64,000 nt of DNA, taken from contig NC_086097.1 of NCBI RefSeq assembly GCF_963921235.1, positions 6,262,001-6,326,000 on the forward strand, given 5' to 3'. A model generated the notes under the pieces. That model ran no database searches, was not told the DNA's origin, and saw only the letters and a program-made list of their open reading frames with translations. Shown in pieces: positions 47,075 through 60,577 of this stretch (position 1 is its first letter; each line of letters opens with the position of its first letter). The position numbers and the translations under genes are program-made. Origin of the DNA: Mobula hypostoma (lineage: Eukaryota).

Positions 47075-50000
47075 TAAGACCATAAGACCATATGACACAG
47101 GAGCAGAATTAGGCCATCTGGCCCATCGAGTCTGCTCCACCATTCAATCACGGCTGATCCTTTTTTGCTATCTCCTCCTCAACCCCAGTTCCCGGCCTCC
47201 TCCCCGTAACCTTTGATAACATGTCCAAACAAGAACCTATCAATCTCTGCCTTAAATGGACCCAACAACCTGGCCTCCACAGCTGCATGTGGCAACAAAT
47301 TCCACAAATTCACCACCCTTTGGGTAAAGAAATTTCTCCGCATCTCTGTTTTGAAAGGGCGCCCCTCTATCCTGAGGCTGTGCCCTCTTGTCCTAGACTC
47401 TCCCACCATGGGAAACATCCTTTCCACATCTACTCTGTCTAGCCTTTCAACATTTGAAAGGTTTCAATGAGATCCCACCTCATCCTTCCGAATTCCAGCA
47501 AGTACAGACCCAGAGCCATCAAACGTTCCTCATATGGTAACCCTTTCATTCCTGGAAGTATTCTTGTGAACCTCCTCTGGATCCTCTCCAATACCAGCAT
47601 ATCTTTTCTAAGATGAGGGGCCCAAAACTGTACAAAATACTCAAGGTGAAGCCTCACCGGCACCTTATAAAACCTCAGCACCACATCCTTGCTCCTGTAT
47701 TCTAGACCTCTTGGAATGAATGCTAACATGCCTTCCTCACCACTGACACAATCTGCAAGCCACCATTCAGGGTGTTTTGCACAAGGACTCCAAGTCCCTC
47801 TGCATCTCAGATTCCTGGATTTTCTCCTCATTTAGAAAATAGTCTGCACACTTATTTCTACTACCACAGTTCATAATCATCCATTTTCCAACTTTGTATT
47901 TCATTTGCCACTTTCTTGCCCAGTCTCCTAATCTGTCTAAGTCCTTCTGCATCCTACCTGTTTCCTCAACACTACTTGCCCCTCCACCAATCTTCGTATC
48001 ATCTGCAAACTTTGCAACAAAACTATCTATTCCATCATCTAAATCACTTATATACAGCATAAAAAGAAGTGGTCCCAACACCGACCCCTGCAGAATATCA
48101 CTAGTCACTGGCAGCCAACCAGAAAAGGATGCTTTTATTGCCACTTGCTGCTTCCTACCAATCAACCAATGCTCCAACCATAGAACATCGAACATAGAAT
48201 AGTACAACATAGTACAGGCTCTTCAGCCCACAATGTTGTGCCAACCCTTAAACTCTGCCTCCCATATACACCCCCACCTTAAATTCCTCCATATACCTGT
48301 CTAGTAGTCTCTTAACTTTCACCAGTGTATCTGCCTCCACCACTGACTCAGGCAGTGCATTCCACGCACCAACCACTCTCTGAGTAAAAAACCTTCCTCT
48401 AATATCCCCCTTGAACTTCCCACCCCTTACCTTAAAGCCATGTCCTCTTGTATTGAGCAGTGGTGCCCTGGGGAAGAGGCGCTGGCTATCCACTCTATCT
48501 ATTCCTCTTATTATCTTGTACACTTCTATCATGTCTCCTCTCATCCTCCTTCTCTCCAAAGAGTAAAGCCCTAGCTCCCTTAATCTCTGATCATAATGCA
48601 TACTTTCTAAACCAGGCAGCATCCTGGTAAATCTCCTCTGCACCCTTTCCAATGCTTCCACATCCTTCCTATAGTGAGGTGACCAGAACTGGACACAGTA
48701 CTCCAAGTGTGGCCGAACCAGAGTTTTATAGAGCTGCATCATTACATCGCGACTCTTAAACTCCATCCCTCTACTTATGAAAGCTAACACTCCATAAGCT
48801 TTCTTAACTACCCTATCTACCTGTGAGGCAACTTTCAGGGATCTATATAACCATATAACAATTACAGCGTGGAAACAGGCCATCTTGGCCCTTGTAGTCC
48901 GTGCCGACTGCTTACTCTCACCTAGTCCCACCGACCTGCACTCAGCCCATAACCCTCCATCCTTTCCTGTCCATATAGCTATCTAGTTTTACTTTAAATG
49001 ACAATATCGAGCCTGCCTCTACCACTTCCACTGGAAGCTCATTCTACACAGCTACCACTCTCTGAGTAAAGAAGTTCCCCCTTGTGTTATCCTTAAACTT
49101 TTGCCCCCAAACTCTCAACTCATGTCCTCTTGTTTGAATCTCCCCTACTCTCAGTGGAAAAAGCCTATCCACGTCAACTCTATCTATCCCCCTCATAATT
49201 TTAAATACCTTTATCAAGTCCCCCATCAACCTTCTATGCTCCAAAGAATAAAGACCCAATTTGTTCAACCTTTCTCTGTAACTTAGGTGCTGAAACCCAG
49301 GTAACATTCTGGTACCCCAAATCCCTCTGCTCCTCCACACTACCAAGTATCCTGCTACTTACTTTGTACTCTGCCTTGGAGTTTGTCCTTCCAAAGTGTA
49401 CCACCTCACACTTCTCTGGGTTGAACTCCATCTGCCTCTTCTCAGCCCACTTCTGCATCCTATCAATGTCTCTCTGCAATCTTCGACAATCCTCTACACT
49501 ATCCACAACACCACCAACCTTTGTGTTGTCATGTTAGTAACTTTCCTGTAATACCATGGGCTCTTAACTTGTTAAGCAGTCTCATGTGTGGCACCTTGTC
49601 AAAGGCCTTCTGAAAGTCCACATATACAACATCTACTACACCCCCTTTATCTATTTTACTTGTAATCTCCTCAATGAATTCCAACAAGTTTGTCAGGCAG
49701 GATTTTCCCTGAAGGAAACCATGTTGACTTTGTACTATCTTTTCCTGTGTCACCAAATACTCTATCACCTCATCCTTAACAATTGACACTTTCATATTTC
49801 ATTTTTTCCCTAATGATTTTTTTAGTTGCTCTCTGTAGGTTTTTATAATCTTCCCAATTCTCTACCTTTGCACTAATTTTTGCTTTGTTGTATACCCTTT
49901 TCTTTTGCTTTTACAGTAGCTTTGACTTCCCTTGTCAGCCAGAGTTGAACTATTTTACCACTTGTGTACTTCTCCAATTTTGGAATATACATGTCCTGCA

Positions 50001-51545
50001 TCTTCCTCAGTTTTTCCAGAAATATGCGCCATTGCTGCTCTGCTAACATCCCTGCCAACAGCTCCTTCCAATTTACTTTGGCCAACTCCTCTCTCATACC
50101 ACTGTAATTTCCCTTACTCCACTGAAATACTGCTACATCAGACTTTACTTTCTGCCTAACTGCTGCCAGTTCACTACATAACACCCAATCCAGGACTGCT
50201 GATCCTCAAATTGGCTCAATGACAAACTACTCTGAAAGGTTACCTCTTAGGCATTCAACAAACTCACTCTCTTGAGATCCATTACCAACCTGATTTTCCC
50301 AATCAACCTGTATGTTAAAACCTCCCATGACTATCACAGCATTGCCCTTTTGACTCATCTTTTCTATTTCCTCTTATAACCTGTGGTCCATATTCCAGCC
50401 ACTGTTGGGAGGCCTGTATATACATTAATTGCCATTAACGTCCTTTTACCCTTGCAGTTTCTTAACTCAACCCACAAGGAGTCAACATCTTCTTATCCTA
50501 TGTCACATCTTTCTACTGATTTGATGTCATTCTTTGCCAGTAGAGCCACACCAACCTCTCTGCCTATCTTCCTATCTCTCCAATATAATGTATAACCTTG
50601 GACATTCAGTTCCCAACTACAACCATCCATCCGTCACGATTCAGTGATGGCCACTGCATCATACCTGGCAATCTGTAATATTGCGACAAGGTCATCCACT
50701 TTACTTTTTATAATACACGCATTTAGATACAACACCTTGAGTGCTGTATTTGCCATCCTTTCTGAATCTGCATCCCAAATGATTTGATACTCAGCCTGTT
50801 GGCTACAGCTAAGTCCTATTACCTGCCTGCCCTGCCTGACAATCTGAGTACACGCTATCTTTACTTTACCATCTGTCCTTTCTGAGTCCCTTCACTCCAG
50901 TTCCTACTCTCCTGCCAAGTTAGTTTAAATCCTCCCCAACAGCTCTAACAAATCTGCCCATGAAGGTATTGGGCCCCCTCAGGTTCAGGTGCAACCCATC
51001 ACTTTTGAACAGGTCATACCTCCCCCAGAAGAGATCCCAATGATCCAAGAACCTGAAGCCCTGAACCCTGCACCAGCTTCTCAGCCACGTATTTATCTGC
51101 CACATCATTCTGTTTCTACCCTCACTGGCACGTGGCACAGGCAGCAATCCACAAATTACTACACAAGAGGACCTGCTTCTCAGCTTTCTACCTAGCTCTC
51201 TAAATTCCCTTTGCAGGACCTCATTGCTTTTCCTTCCTATGTTATTTGTGCCAATATGTTCCAAGACATCCAGCTGCTCCCAGTTCCTCTCCATAATGTT
51301 GTGGACGCGATCTGAGACATCCCTGACCCTAGCACCTGGGAGACAACATACCATCCGGGTGTCCCGTTCACATCCACAGAATCTCCTACCTGTTCCCCTC
51401 ACTATCGAGTCCCCTATCACTACCACTCCCTTCTTCTCTCTCTTACCCTTCTGTACCACGGACCCACGCTCAGTGCCAGTAACCCCATGCAGTCGTCTTC
51501 TCCTGGGAGGTCATCCCCCACAGAAGTATCCAAAGCAGTATAAGG
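47075..51545 (-). mobile_element. Near full-length CR1 with nested CR1 3' fragments (48180-49530)
   Basis: ORF1 esterase 50920-51459, APE, RT (KFADD), (TCTTATGG)n tail at 47075; younger nested copy 48248-48931. Confidence 0.88.
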
Positions 51546-53190
51546 TTCAATTGGACGACTGAGGGGAAGAAGCTGTTCCTGTATCACTGAGTGTTTGCCG
51601 TCCTGCTTCAGTACCTCTTTCCTGATGGGAGCAATGAGAACGGGGCACGTGCTGAGTGATGGGGTTCCTTACTGATGGATGCTGCCTTTTTGAGACATCG
51701 CTCCTCGAAGATATCCGGGACACTACACAGGCTATTGTCCATGATGGAGCTGACTAATTTTACAACTCTTGGCAGCTCACTTCGACCCTGTGCAGTAGCA
51801 TCCCCCCCGCCACCATACCAGACAGTGATGCAGCCAGTTAGAAAGCTCTCCACGGTACATCTGCAGAAATATGCAAATGTTTTTCATGACATACTAAACC
51901 TCCTCAAACTCCTAATGAAATATACCCACTGTTCAAAAAGTTCAAAGTTCAAATTTTAAAGTAAAATTTGTTATCGGAGTTCATGCATGTCACCATATTC
52001 AACCCTGAGTTTCTGTTTCCCGCAAGCACACATAACAAATCTATAGAAGAGTAACTGTAAACAGGATCAATGAACTGTGCAAATGTAGATATAAATGAGG
52101 AGCAATAAATAACAAGACCATGAAGTAACATGCTGTCATGCCTTCTTTACAGCTGCATCAATATGCTGGGTCCAGTTTAGGTTGTCAGAGATATTGACTC
52201 CCTGGAACTTGAAATTGCTCACTCTTTCCATTTCTAATCCCTCCATGAGGACTGGTGTGTTTTCTCCAATCTTACCCTTTCTGACTGGCAATATCCCTCC
52301 AATACCACACAATTTCCATCAGCTCAGCTACACCTCAAGTCTGTGCTCTTAGCCCCCTGCTCTACTTGCTTTACATTTATGAATGTGAGTCTAAGCAGAG
52401 ATTCAATGCCATATTTAAGTTTGCTAATGGCACCACAGTCATTAGCCAAATCAAATATGGTGATGAATCAGCATATGGGAGGGAGATTTGAAATCTGGCT
52501 GTGTGGGGCGGCAACAAACTCTCACTCAATGTCAACAAGACCAAGGATCTGATTATTGATTTCAGGAGGAGCAAACTGGAGACCCATGATACAGTCCTCA
52601 TCAGGGGATCAGGGATGGACAAGGCCAGAAACTTAAGATCCTCGGTGACGTAACATCAAAGGACCTGTGCAAGGTCCAACACGAAAGCGCCAAACCATAG
52701 CAGCTCTTCTACTTCCTTAGAAGTTTGCGAAGATTAGCATGTCATCAAAAACTTTGATAAGCTTTTATAGATGTGTGGTGCAGAGTATATTGGCTGGTTG
52801 CATCATGGCCTGGAGTGGAATCTCCTGTGTTCTTGAATAGAAAATCTTACAAAACGTAATGGATATGGCACAGTCCATCATTCCCAAAGCCCTCCTCACT
52901 AATAAGCATGTCTATAAAGAGCAGTATTGCAGGAAAGCAGCATTTATCATCAAAACCCTCCACCTCCCAGGCCCTGCTCTCTTCTCACTGTTGTCATCAG
53001 GAAGATGATACTGAAGCCACAAGACCCTCATAGACAAGTTCAGGAACAGTTATTACTCCTCAACCATCATACTCCTGAACCAGAGGGAGAACTTCGCTCC
53101 ACTTCACCTGCCCCATCATTGAAATGTACCCACATCCTATGGGTGCAATTTCAAGAACTCTTCATCTCATGTTCTCAATATTTACTGCTA
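51545..53190. mobile_element. Decayed Rex1/Babar fragments (minus 51545-52280; plus 52330-53190)
   Basis: ESFLTGCITVWYG, SLLPSGKRY and LSLNVNKTKDLIIDFRR motifs. Confidence 0.7.
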
Positions 53191-53194
53191 ATCA

Positions 53195-53850
53195 GAGGTG
53201 GAGGGAGGAGAAGATGGCGACGTGATGCAGCATGCGCGGCCTTTCCGAATGATATCGTATGTATTAACTAGGGGCCGTGCACAATCCTGATTTGATGGAG
53301 ACAGCCGTGAGAAGCACAGGGGAACACCTGGAGAAACTTCTGAAATGCCAATTTCGCTGCCGCCGCTACTGTGCAATCGAGAATCTCCGGAGCGGAAGGC
53401 CCCAGATCGTCGGCTTTGCCTATTGCTTGTTGCCAGGGCCAGGGTCAAAGCGCTCGGCAGAGATGGTGTTCGGTGCTCGGTGTCGGAGAGCTGGTTGGAG
53501 GCTCGGAGTTTTCGGACGGACTCGGAGTCAGACTGTGGTCGGATGCTTCCAGGATACTGCATCGGTAAGTTTGCGGCGCTGGAGGTTCACCGTCTGCGTG
53601 AGATGATGGGACTTTTGAGAGATTTTGAGACTGTACTGTGCCCATGGTCTGTTCTTTATCAAATTACGGTATTGTTTTGCACTGTTGTAACTATATGTTA
53701 TAATTATGTGGTTTTTGTCAGTTTTTCAGTTGGTTTGTCATGTGTTTCTGTGATATCATTCTGGAGAAACATTGTATCATTTCTTAATGCATGCATTACT
53801 AAATGACAATAAAAGAGGACTGCGTGTCCTCATAATGTAATCTAATCTCA
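53195..53850 (+). mobile_element. CpG-rich non-autonomous element with a Rex1-type (TCTAA)n tail
   Basis: Starts GGAGAAGATGGCG; ends ATGACAATAAA...TCTAATCT; CTAATCA at both flanks. Confidence 0.65.
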
Positions 53851-53861
53851 TCTAATCATTT

Positions 53862-53969
53862 CTAATCTAGTCCTGACGAAGGGTCTCGGCCTGAAACGTC
53901 GACTGCACCTCTTCCTACAGATGCTGCTTGGCCTGCTGCGTTCACCAGCAACTTTGATGTGTGTTGCTG
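53862..53969 (+). mobile_element. Penelope pLTR mini-insert
   Basis: Nearly identical to 18141-18240; 14-bp duplication TCATCTAATCATTT (53848-53861, 53970-53983). Confidence 0.88.
53869..53904 (+). ncRNA. Intact minimal type I hammerhead ribozyme
   Basis: Stem I AGTC/GACT, CTGACGA 53873-53879, stem II AGG/CCT, GAAA 53893-53896, GTC triplet 53898-53900. Confidence 0.85.
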
Positions 53970-54354
53970 TCATCTAATCATTTATTTTCTTTTTAATTTT
54001 GTGTTTGCAGTTTGTTGTCTTTTGCACATTGGTTGTTTGTCCATCCTATTGGGTGTAGTATTTCAATGATTCTACTGTGCTTCCTGGATTCATCATGTAT
54101 GCCTGCAGGAAAATGAATCTCAGAATCTCACGGTTGTATATAATTGACATATATGTACTTAGATGATAAACTTACTTTGAACTTTGAATTTCAGTACTGT
54201 GACAATGTAATTCACCACGGGCTTTTGCTCTGCCGCAAGAACTCAATCTGAATGCAAGCAAAATGAACAATATGGAGCAGGGGGTAGCCCTAGGGACTGT
54301 GAAGCCTTATTGCCTTCTGACCATCCAGCAATCCTCTCTGGAAATGTCCCTGGT

Positions 54355-55110
54355 ATGGAGGGGCCACTGCACATAGGTGGCAGGGTGGAGATTTGTCTCT
54401 ACCAAAGGATGTGTAAAGGAGCTCCTTCCCTCCTCTTGCCTGCAGGACACCCTTGGGCAAGGTGTGACATCTGCTTAGAGCCCCAGTCAGAGTCACATCA
54501 AGCTATGAGAGCAGCTGGTGTACAGCACGCCCTGGTTATGCAACCACTGACACCAGGCAGACAGTTTTTGAGTGGTATTGATAATGGCTGGGGTCATGTA
54601 CGAAAAGGTCCTGGTGGTCCCTCTTCCTATTAATGTTCCAAATGGATTACATCTCATATTGCCTCTGACATCCAAATCCTGGCCTTCATGTGTGGCTTAG
54701 CCACTAATCCTAGCAGAATCGTTTCTACTGACAAGAGAAGGGGTAAAGACAGGTTACTGGCTTTGGGCAGATGGGGTTCATTAGCCGTGGTTGGCAGCAC
54801 ATCTAGCAGAAGGAATACTCTGATCTCAAACCTCCACTGGTTGCGGCTATACCCATTCCTGAGGAATCTTTGAGTGCAAACCCTGAGGAGAAATCTGGAG
54901 CTGGAGTCCCAAGGCAGTCCAACATTGAGTTCAACGGTGAACAGGAACTACTGCGATGCCGCTGGTGCCAAACAGTATCGATCTCTGCCGTTCCGTTGGG
55001 TTCATCAACTGTGTGGAGAGGAGGAGCCTGCTGCAGGAGCAACTGCTTGCTCTCCATATCGTACTGCCCTGGCTTGTGTATGACAGCAAGGATGGACTAC
55101 CCATGAGCAG
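54355..55110 (+). mobile_element. RTE-type SINE-like element
   Basis: Homologous to 27600-27840 and 8690-8840; non-coding. Confidence 0.55.
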
Positions 55111-55339
55111 CCCTGACCAATGGAGGGCCTCACTTCTCTGGAAATGGAAAAATAAAAAGTCAAGGTGCCTCATTTACATGGTTTAACCCCAAGCAACTCA
55201 AGCAATGAGTTCTGAGCCAAAATAGAATTTGAGTTTGGTCACTACACTATGCAGCCACAAGATAAGTTTTGAGAGGAGGGAATTTTCCAGATCAACTTAG
55301 CAAAAAAGAGCTTTGACCAGTGACCAGTTGATATTTGCA

Positions 55340-58300
55340 ATTGATTAGTAACAGCAAATTAAAGGATGGCAGAGGCAGGCGTCTGAGTGGGCAGAGTCAG
55401 AGTGGTGATCTTGAGGCTTTAGCTCTTTGAGGCTTAAGTTACAAAAAGCAAAGGAAAGAACAATTCAAGGTTAAGTTTTTTTTTCCTTCCCTCCTTTATA
55501 TCTGGTCAACTAGGACAGTAGAGGTGCCAGGCAGGATAGTGAAATGCTCCTCTTGGGGCATGTGGGAAGGCAGGGAGACCTCCTGTGTCCCTGACGACCA
55601 CAACTGCGAGAAGTGCATCCAGCTGCAGCTTCTAACAATCCACGTTAAGGAGTTGGAGCTGGAACTGGGTGAACTCCAGATCATTCAGAAGGATGCAGGA
55701 TTGGTAGATAGGACATATAGAGAGTTGATACCCCCAAGGTGCAGGGCACAGGAAACTGGGTGACAGTCAGGAAGAGGAAAGGTGTTAAGGAGCCAGTGCA
55801 GATTATCCCTGTGGCCATCCCTCTTAACAACAGATATGTCATTTTGGATACAGTCGAGAGGGTGTGATAGATGTCATAGATATGTGATAGATGTCATTTC
55901 GAGATAGCTTCTTTAACTCACAAGTTTTGGTCATGTACTTTGTTGGAACAGTATTGGAAAGATATTTTTGACATTATTTCAATGGATTTGAAAATAGACT
56001 TACAACCTCATCCAATTACTGCTATCTTTGGATTACCAATGATAGATTCAAATTATTTAGCCTCTTCAGCACACAGGATGATTGCATTTCTTACTTTAAT
56101 AGGTAGAAGATCCATTTTGCTGAATTGGAAAGAGATTAACCCTCCTACTGTATTTCATTGGTTTTCACAAACTATGGTGTATTTGTATTTGGAAAAAAAT
56201 TAGAAGTGCGGTTTATGACCCTTCTATTAAGTTTGAACAAACTTGGAGGCCATTCATTCAGCATTTTCATTTGATGTAATTTGACCATTTCCAAACTTAT
56301 TTTATTTCTCTGTTCTGTTGGTTGAGAGGAATGGAGTCGTCGACACTAAGGTTTTCTTCTTTCCCATTTTTAAGTTGTTAGAATTGCCCAAGTCTTTTAG
56401 TTTAGTTGACTAATTCTGTTTAGTATAGTTTTTTTGGGGGGGAAGGGTTTTTTTAAATTTTTTTTTCATTTTCATGATTTTTCTTCAGTTTTTTTTTGCC
56501 CTGTATTATTCATTGTTATTCTACACGATTGGGAGTTTTGTCAATTTATACTATTTGGTCTTACAATTATTCATTTTAAGTGCAATAATGTATCTCCTAC
56601 TATTTGTATTATTGCTATGTTATGTTTTCATTCTATGAAATTAATAAAAAGATTGAAAAAGAAAGAAAGAGAGGGGGGTGGTGGAGGGAATGATGTAACG
56701 GAGGAAAGACACAGTGGTCGGCTCTCTGACATGGAGTGGGGAGAAGAGGCATTCTGTGGTGATAGGGGATTCATTAGTTAGGGGAACAGACAGGAGGTTC
56801 TGTGGGAGAGAACAAGATTCTTAAATGGTACGTTGCCTCCCGGGTGCAGAGTCCAGGATATCTTGGATCATTCTTGGATATATTGGATCAAATACTCAGC
56901 ATTCTCAAGTGGGAGAGTGAACAGCCAGACATCTTGGTCCATGTAGGTACCAATGACATGGGTTGGGTGACTGACGAGATTCTGCAAGGAAGTTCAGGGA
57001 GTTAGGTGCTAACTTAAAGTGCAGGACCACCAGGGTGGTGATCTCGGGATTGTTACATGTGCCACATGCTGGTGAGGACAGAAGTAGGAAAACTGCATAG
57101 TTTAATATATGGCTAAAAAGTTGGTGTAGGAGGGAGGGCATAAGAATATTGGATCATTGGGCTCTCTTCTGGGGAAGGTGGGCCGTGGACAGAAGGGATC
57201 ATTTGTACCTGAACTGGAGAAGATCTATTATCCTAATGGGAAGATTTGTTAATGCTGCACTGTAGGGTTTAAACTCAAGTGGCAGGGCGACTGAAACCAG
57301 AGAGCCAGAAGTTAGTGGAGAGGTTGTGGAGGCAGATGTTGGTAAGATCTCAGACTAAGTTAGGAATCAAAAGATTGAGGATTGTGCAGCTAGTGTCCTG
57401 AGCTGCATACATTTCAATGTAAGAAGTATTGTAGAAAAGGCGGATGATAGTTCTGAAAATGAGGCAGCTATTTTATAAACAGATGCAATGTGTAGTAAGG
57501 AGAGGCTATTGATTGGGAAGAATTGCAGTCAATCAGGGATGAATTGCAACAGAAAATGTGGACAAAATCGAAAACGGTGAATACTGGACTGAAGGTGTTG
57601 AATTTGAATACATGCAGTATAAGGAATAAGGTAGAGGAACTCGCAGCACAGTTGCGGATTGACAGGTATGGTGCTGTATGCAACACTGCATCATGGCTGA
57701 AAGAAGACTATAGCTGGGAGCTTAATATCCTAGGATACACATTGTATCAAAAGGACAAGCAGGAAGGCAGAGGGGGCACAGTTGTAGTGTTGGAAAAAAT
57801 GAAATCAAATCATTAGAAAGAGGTGATATAAGGTTGGAAGGTGTTGTATCATTGTGAATAGAGCATGGGAGTTGTAAATAGACCCCCAAACAATAATAAG
57901 GATGAGGGCTACAAGTTACAATGGGAGATAGAAAATGTATGCCAAAAGGGCAATGTTACAATAGTCATGAGGGACTTCAATACTTCAATATTTTCAACAT
58001 TGAAAATCAAGTTGACGCTGGGTTCCTGGAGGGGGACATTCCAGAGTGTCTATGAGATCGCTTTTTAGAGAAGTTCATGGTTGAATTTACTAGTAGATCA
58101 GCTATTCTGGATTGAGTGTTGTACAATGAACCGGAATTGATTAGCGACCTTAAGGTAAAAGAACCCGTAGGGGCAAGTGATCAAGTTCACCATGAAATTT
58201 GAGAAGGAGAAGCTAAAGTCATATGTGTCAATATAACAGTCGAATAAAGTGAATTAAAGAGACCTGAGAGAGGAGTTGGCCAGAATTGATTGGAAAAGAA

Positions 58301-59620
58301 CACTGGCAGGGATGACGGCTGAGCAGCAATGGCTGGAATTTCTGGAATCAATTCGGAAGGCACAGGATATATACTCCCCAAAGAGGAAGAAGTATTCTAA
58401 AGGAAAAGTGACAGAACTGTGACTAACAAGAAAAGACAAAGCCAACATAAAAGCCAAAGAGAGGGCATATAATAGAGTAAAAATTAATAGAAATTTTGAG
58501 GATTGGGAAGTTTTTAAAAACCAATAGAAGGCAACTAAAAGAGTCATTAAGAAGATAAAGATGGAATAGGAAGGTAAGTTAGCCAGTAATATTAAAGAGG
58601 ACACCAGAAGTTTCTTTAGATACATAAAGTTTAAAAGAGAGAAAAGAGTGGCTATTAGACTACTGGAAAGCAGTGCTGGTGAGGTAGTAATGGAGGACAA
58701 TGAAATGGTGGATGAACTAAATAAAATTCTTGGGAAACTGAAAGGTCTGAAGTCAGATAAGTCACCTGAACCAGATGGTGTACACCCCAATGTTTTGAAA
58801 GAGGTGGCTGAAGAGATCTTGGAGGCATTAGTAATGATTTTTCTAGAATCACTAGATTCCGGAATGGCTCCAGAAGACTGGAAAATTGCAGTTGATTATG
58901 AAGGATGAGGTCTCAGGGTACTTGGAGACACACGATAAAATAGGCCATAGTCAGCATGGTTTTCTCAAGGGAAAATCTTGTCTGACAAATCTGTTGGAAT
59001 TCCTTGAAGAAATAACAAGCAGGATAGACAAAGGAGAATCTGTTGATGTTGTGTATTTGCATTTTCAGAAGGACTTGGTCAAGGTGCTACACATGAACCT
59101 GCTTAACAAGCTACGAGCCCATGGTATAATGGAATAGATTATAGTATGCCTGAAGCAGTGGCTGGTCCTTTTTATGTTAGATGTCAAAGATTTAGATGAT
59201 GAAATTGATGGCTTTGTTACAAAGTTTCCAGATGGTATGAAGATAGGTGGAGGGGTAGGTAGTTTGAGGAAGTAGAGAGGCTGCAGAAGGAATTAGACAG
59301 ATTAGGAGAATGGGCAATGAAATGGCAGATGGAATACAGAATTGGGAAGTATATGGTCATGTACTTTGGTAGAAGAAGTGAAAGGGTTGACCATTTTATA
59401 AGTGGAGAGAAAATACAAAAAACTGAGTTGCAAAGGAACTTGGGAGTCCTTGTGCAGGATTCCCAAAAGGTTAAGTTGCAGGTTGAGCGAGCAGTGAGGA
59501 AGGCAAATATGATGTGAGCATTCCTTTCAAGAGGGTGAGAATATAAAAGCAAGGAAGTAATGTAGAGGCTTTTAAAGCAGTGGTGAGGCCTCACTTGGAG
59601 CATTGTGAGTGGTTTTGGCC
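55340..59620 (+). mobile_element. Near full-length decayed CR1 LINE
   Basis: ORF1 CSSWGMW...CEKC, esterase, APE (LNTCSIRNK), RT (QHGFLKGKSCLTNLLEF). Confidence 0.88.
55865..56670 (+). mobile_element. L1-clade 3' fragment inserted in CR1 ORF1
   Basis: Fish L1 ORF2 C-terminus (FWSC..LEQYWKDIF...RRSILLNWK...W), T-rich 3' UTR, AATAAA and A-rich tail; GAGAGGG at both flanks. Confidence 0.8.
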
Positions 59621-59624
59621 CCAT

Positions 59625-59950
59625 AGGGCCCCTTCTTCCATGGTCTTCTGTCCTCTCCTAACAGATTCTCTCTTCACCCTTTTATCTCTTTCTTCAATCA
59701 ATTTCCCAGCATTTTACTTCACCCTCTCCCCCTCTCCTGGTTTCATCTATCATCTATCACCTTGTGCTTCTTCCTCCCCTCCCCCTACCTTCTTACTCTG
59801 GCTTCTCGTCTTTTTTCCAGTCCTGATGAAGGGTTTCAGCCTGAAACATTGAAACTCTTTTCCATAGATGCTGCCTGACCTTTTGAGTTCCTTCAGCATG
59901 TTATGTGTGTTGCTTTAGATTTCCAGTATCTGCAGATTTTCTCATGTTTG
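59625..59950 (+). mobile_element. Penelope 3' end with hammerhead remnant
   Basis: CAGTCCTGATGAAGGGTTTCAGCCTGAAAC at about 59818-59849. Confidence 0.8.
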
Positions 59951-59959
59951 CAATAAATA

Positions 59960-60577
59960 TGAGGAGTGATTGATAAGTTCATGCCTAAGGTAGAGAGTCA
60001 ATTTTAGAAAACATAGCACATTTATTTTTCAACATAGTCCCCTCCTACATGTACACACTTAGTCCAGCGGTCGTGGAGCATACGGATCCCTTCTTTGTAG
60101 AAGTGGTCCACAGCAGGGGTGATTGATAAGTTCATGGCCTAAGCTAGAAGGAGATGAGTTATTAACTTAAAACGTTCTGCATTAACACTCAAAGAGTTGA
60201 ACTGCACGTGCATGTAATGAGAGCGTCTTGGACCTCCAGGTGGTCCACAGCAGGGCTGATTGATAAGTTTGTGGCCTAGGGTAAAATGAGATGAGTTATA
60301 CAGCTCTCATTACATGCACGTACAGTTCAACTCTTTCAGTGAAAATGCAGAAAGTTTGAAGTTAATAACACATCTCCGTCTACCTTAGGCCACAAACTTA
60401 ATCACCCCTGCTATGGACCACTTTCTGGAGGTCCAAGACGCCAGCTTCTACAAAGAAGGGATCCGTATGCTCCACGACCGCTGGACTAAGTGTATAAATG
60501 TACAAAAAATAAATATGCTAGGTTTTCTAAAATTGACTCCTTCTAGCTTAGGCCACAAACTTATCAATCACCCCTCG
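59960..60577. mobile_element. Mariner-derived palindromic MITE
   Basis: TA flanks (59958-59959, 60578-60579); TIR (C)GAGGGGTGATTGATAAGTT; both arms encode the mariner C-terminus FYKEGIRMLHDRWTKC. Confidence 0.88.

Noticed and set aside
53188..53806. Overlapping 109-153 aa ORFs
   Set aside because: Stop-poor GC-rich repeat; no protein motifs in any frame.
59960..60577. CRISPR-like repeat array
   Set aside because: Repeats are mariner TIR copies in both orientations with non-unique spacers; eukaryotic context.
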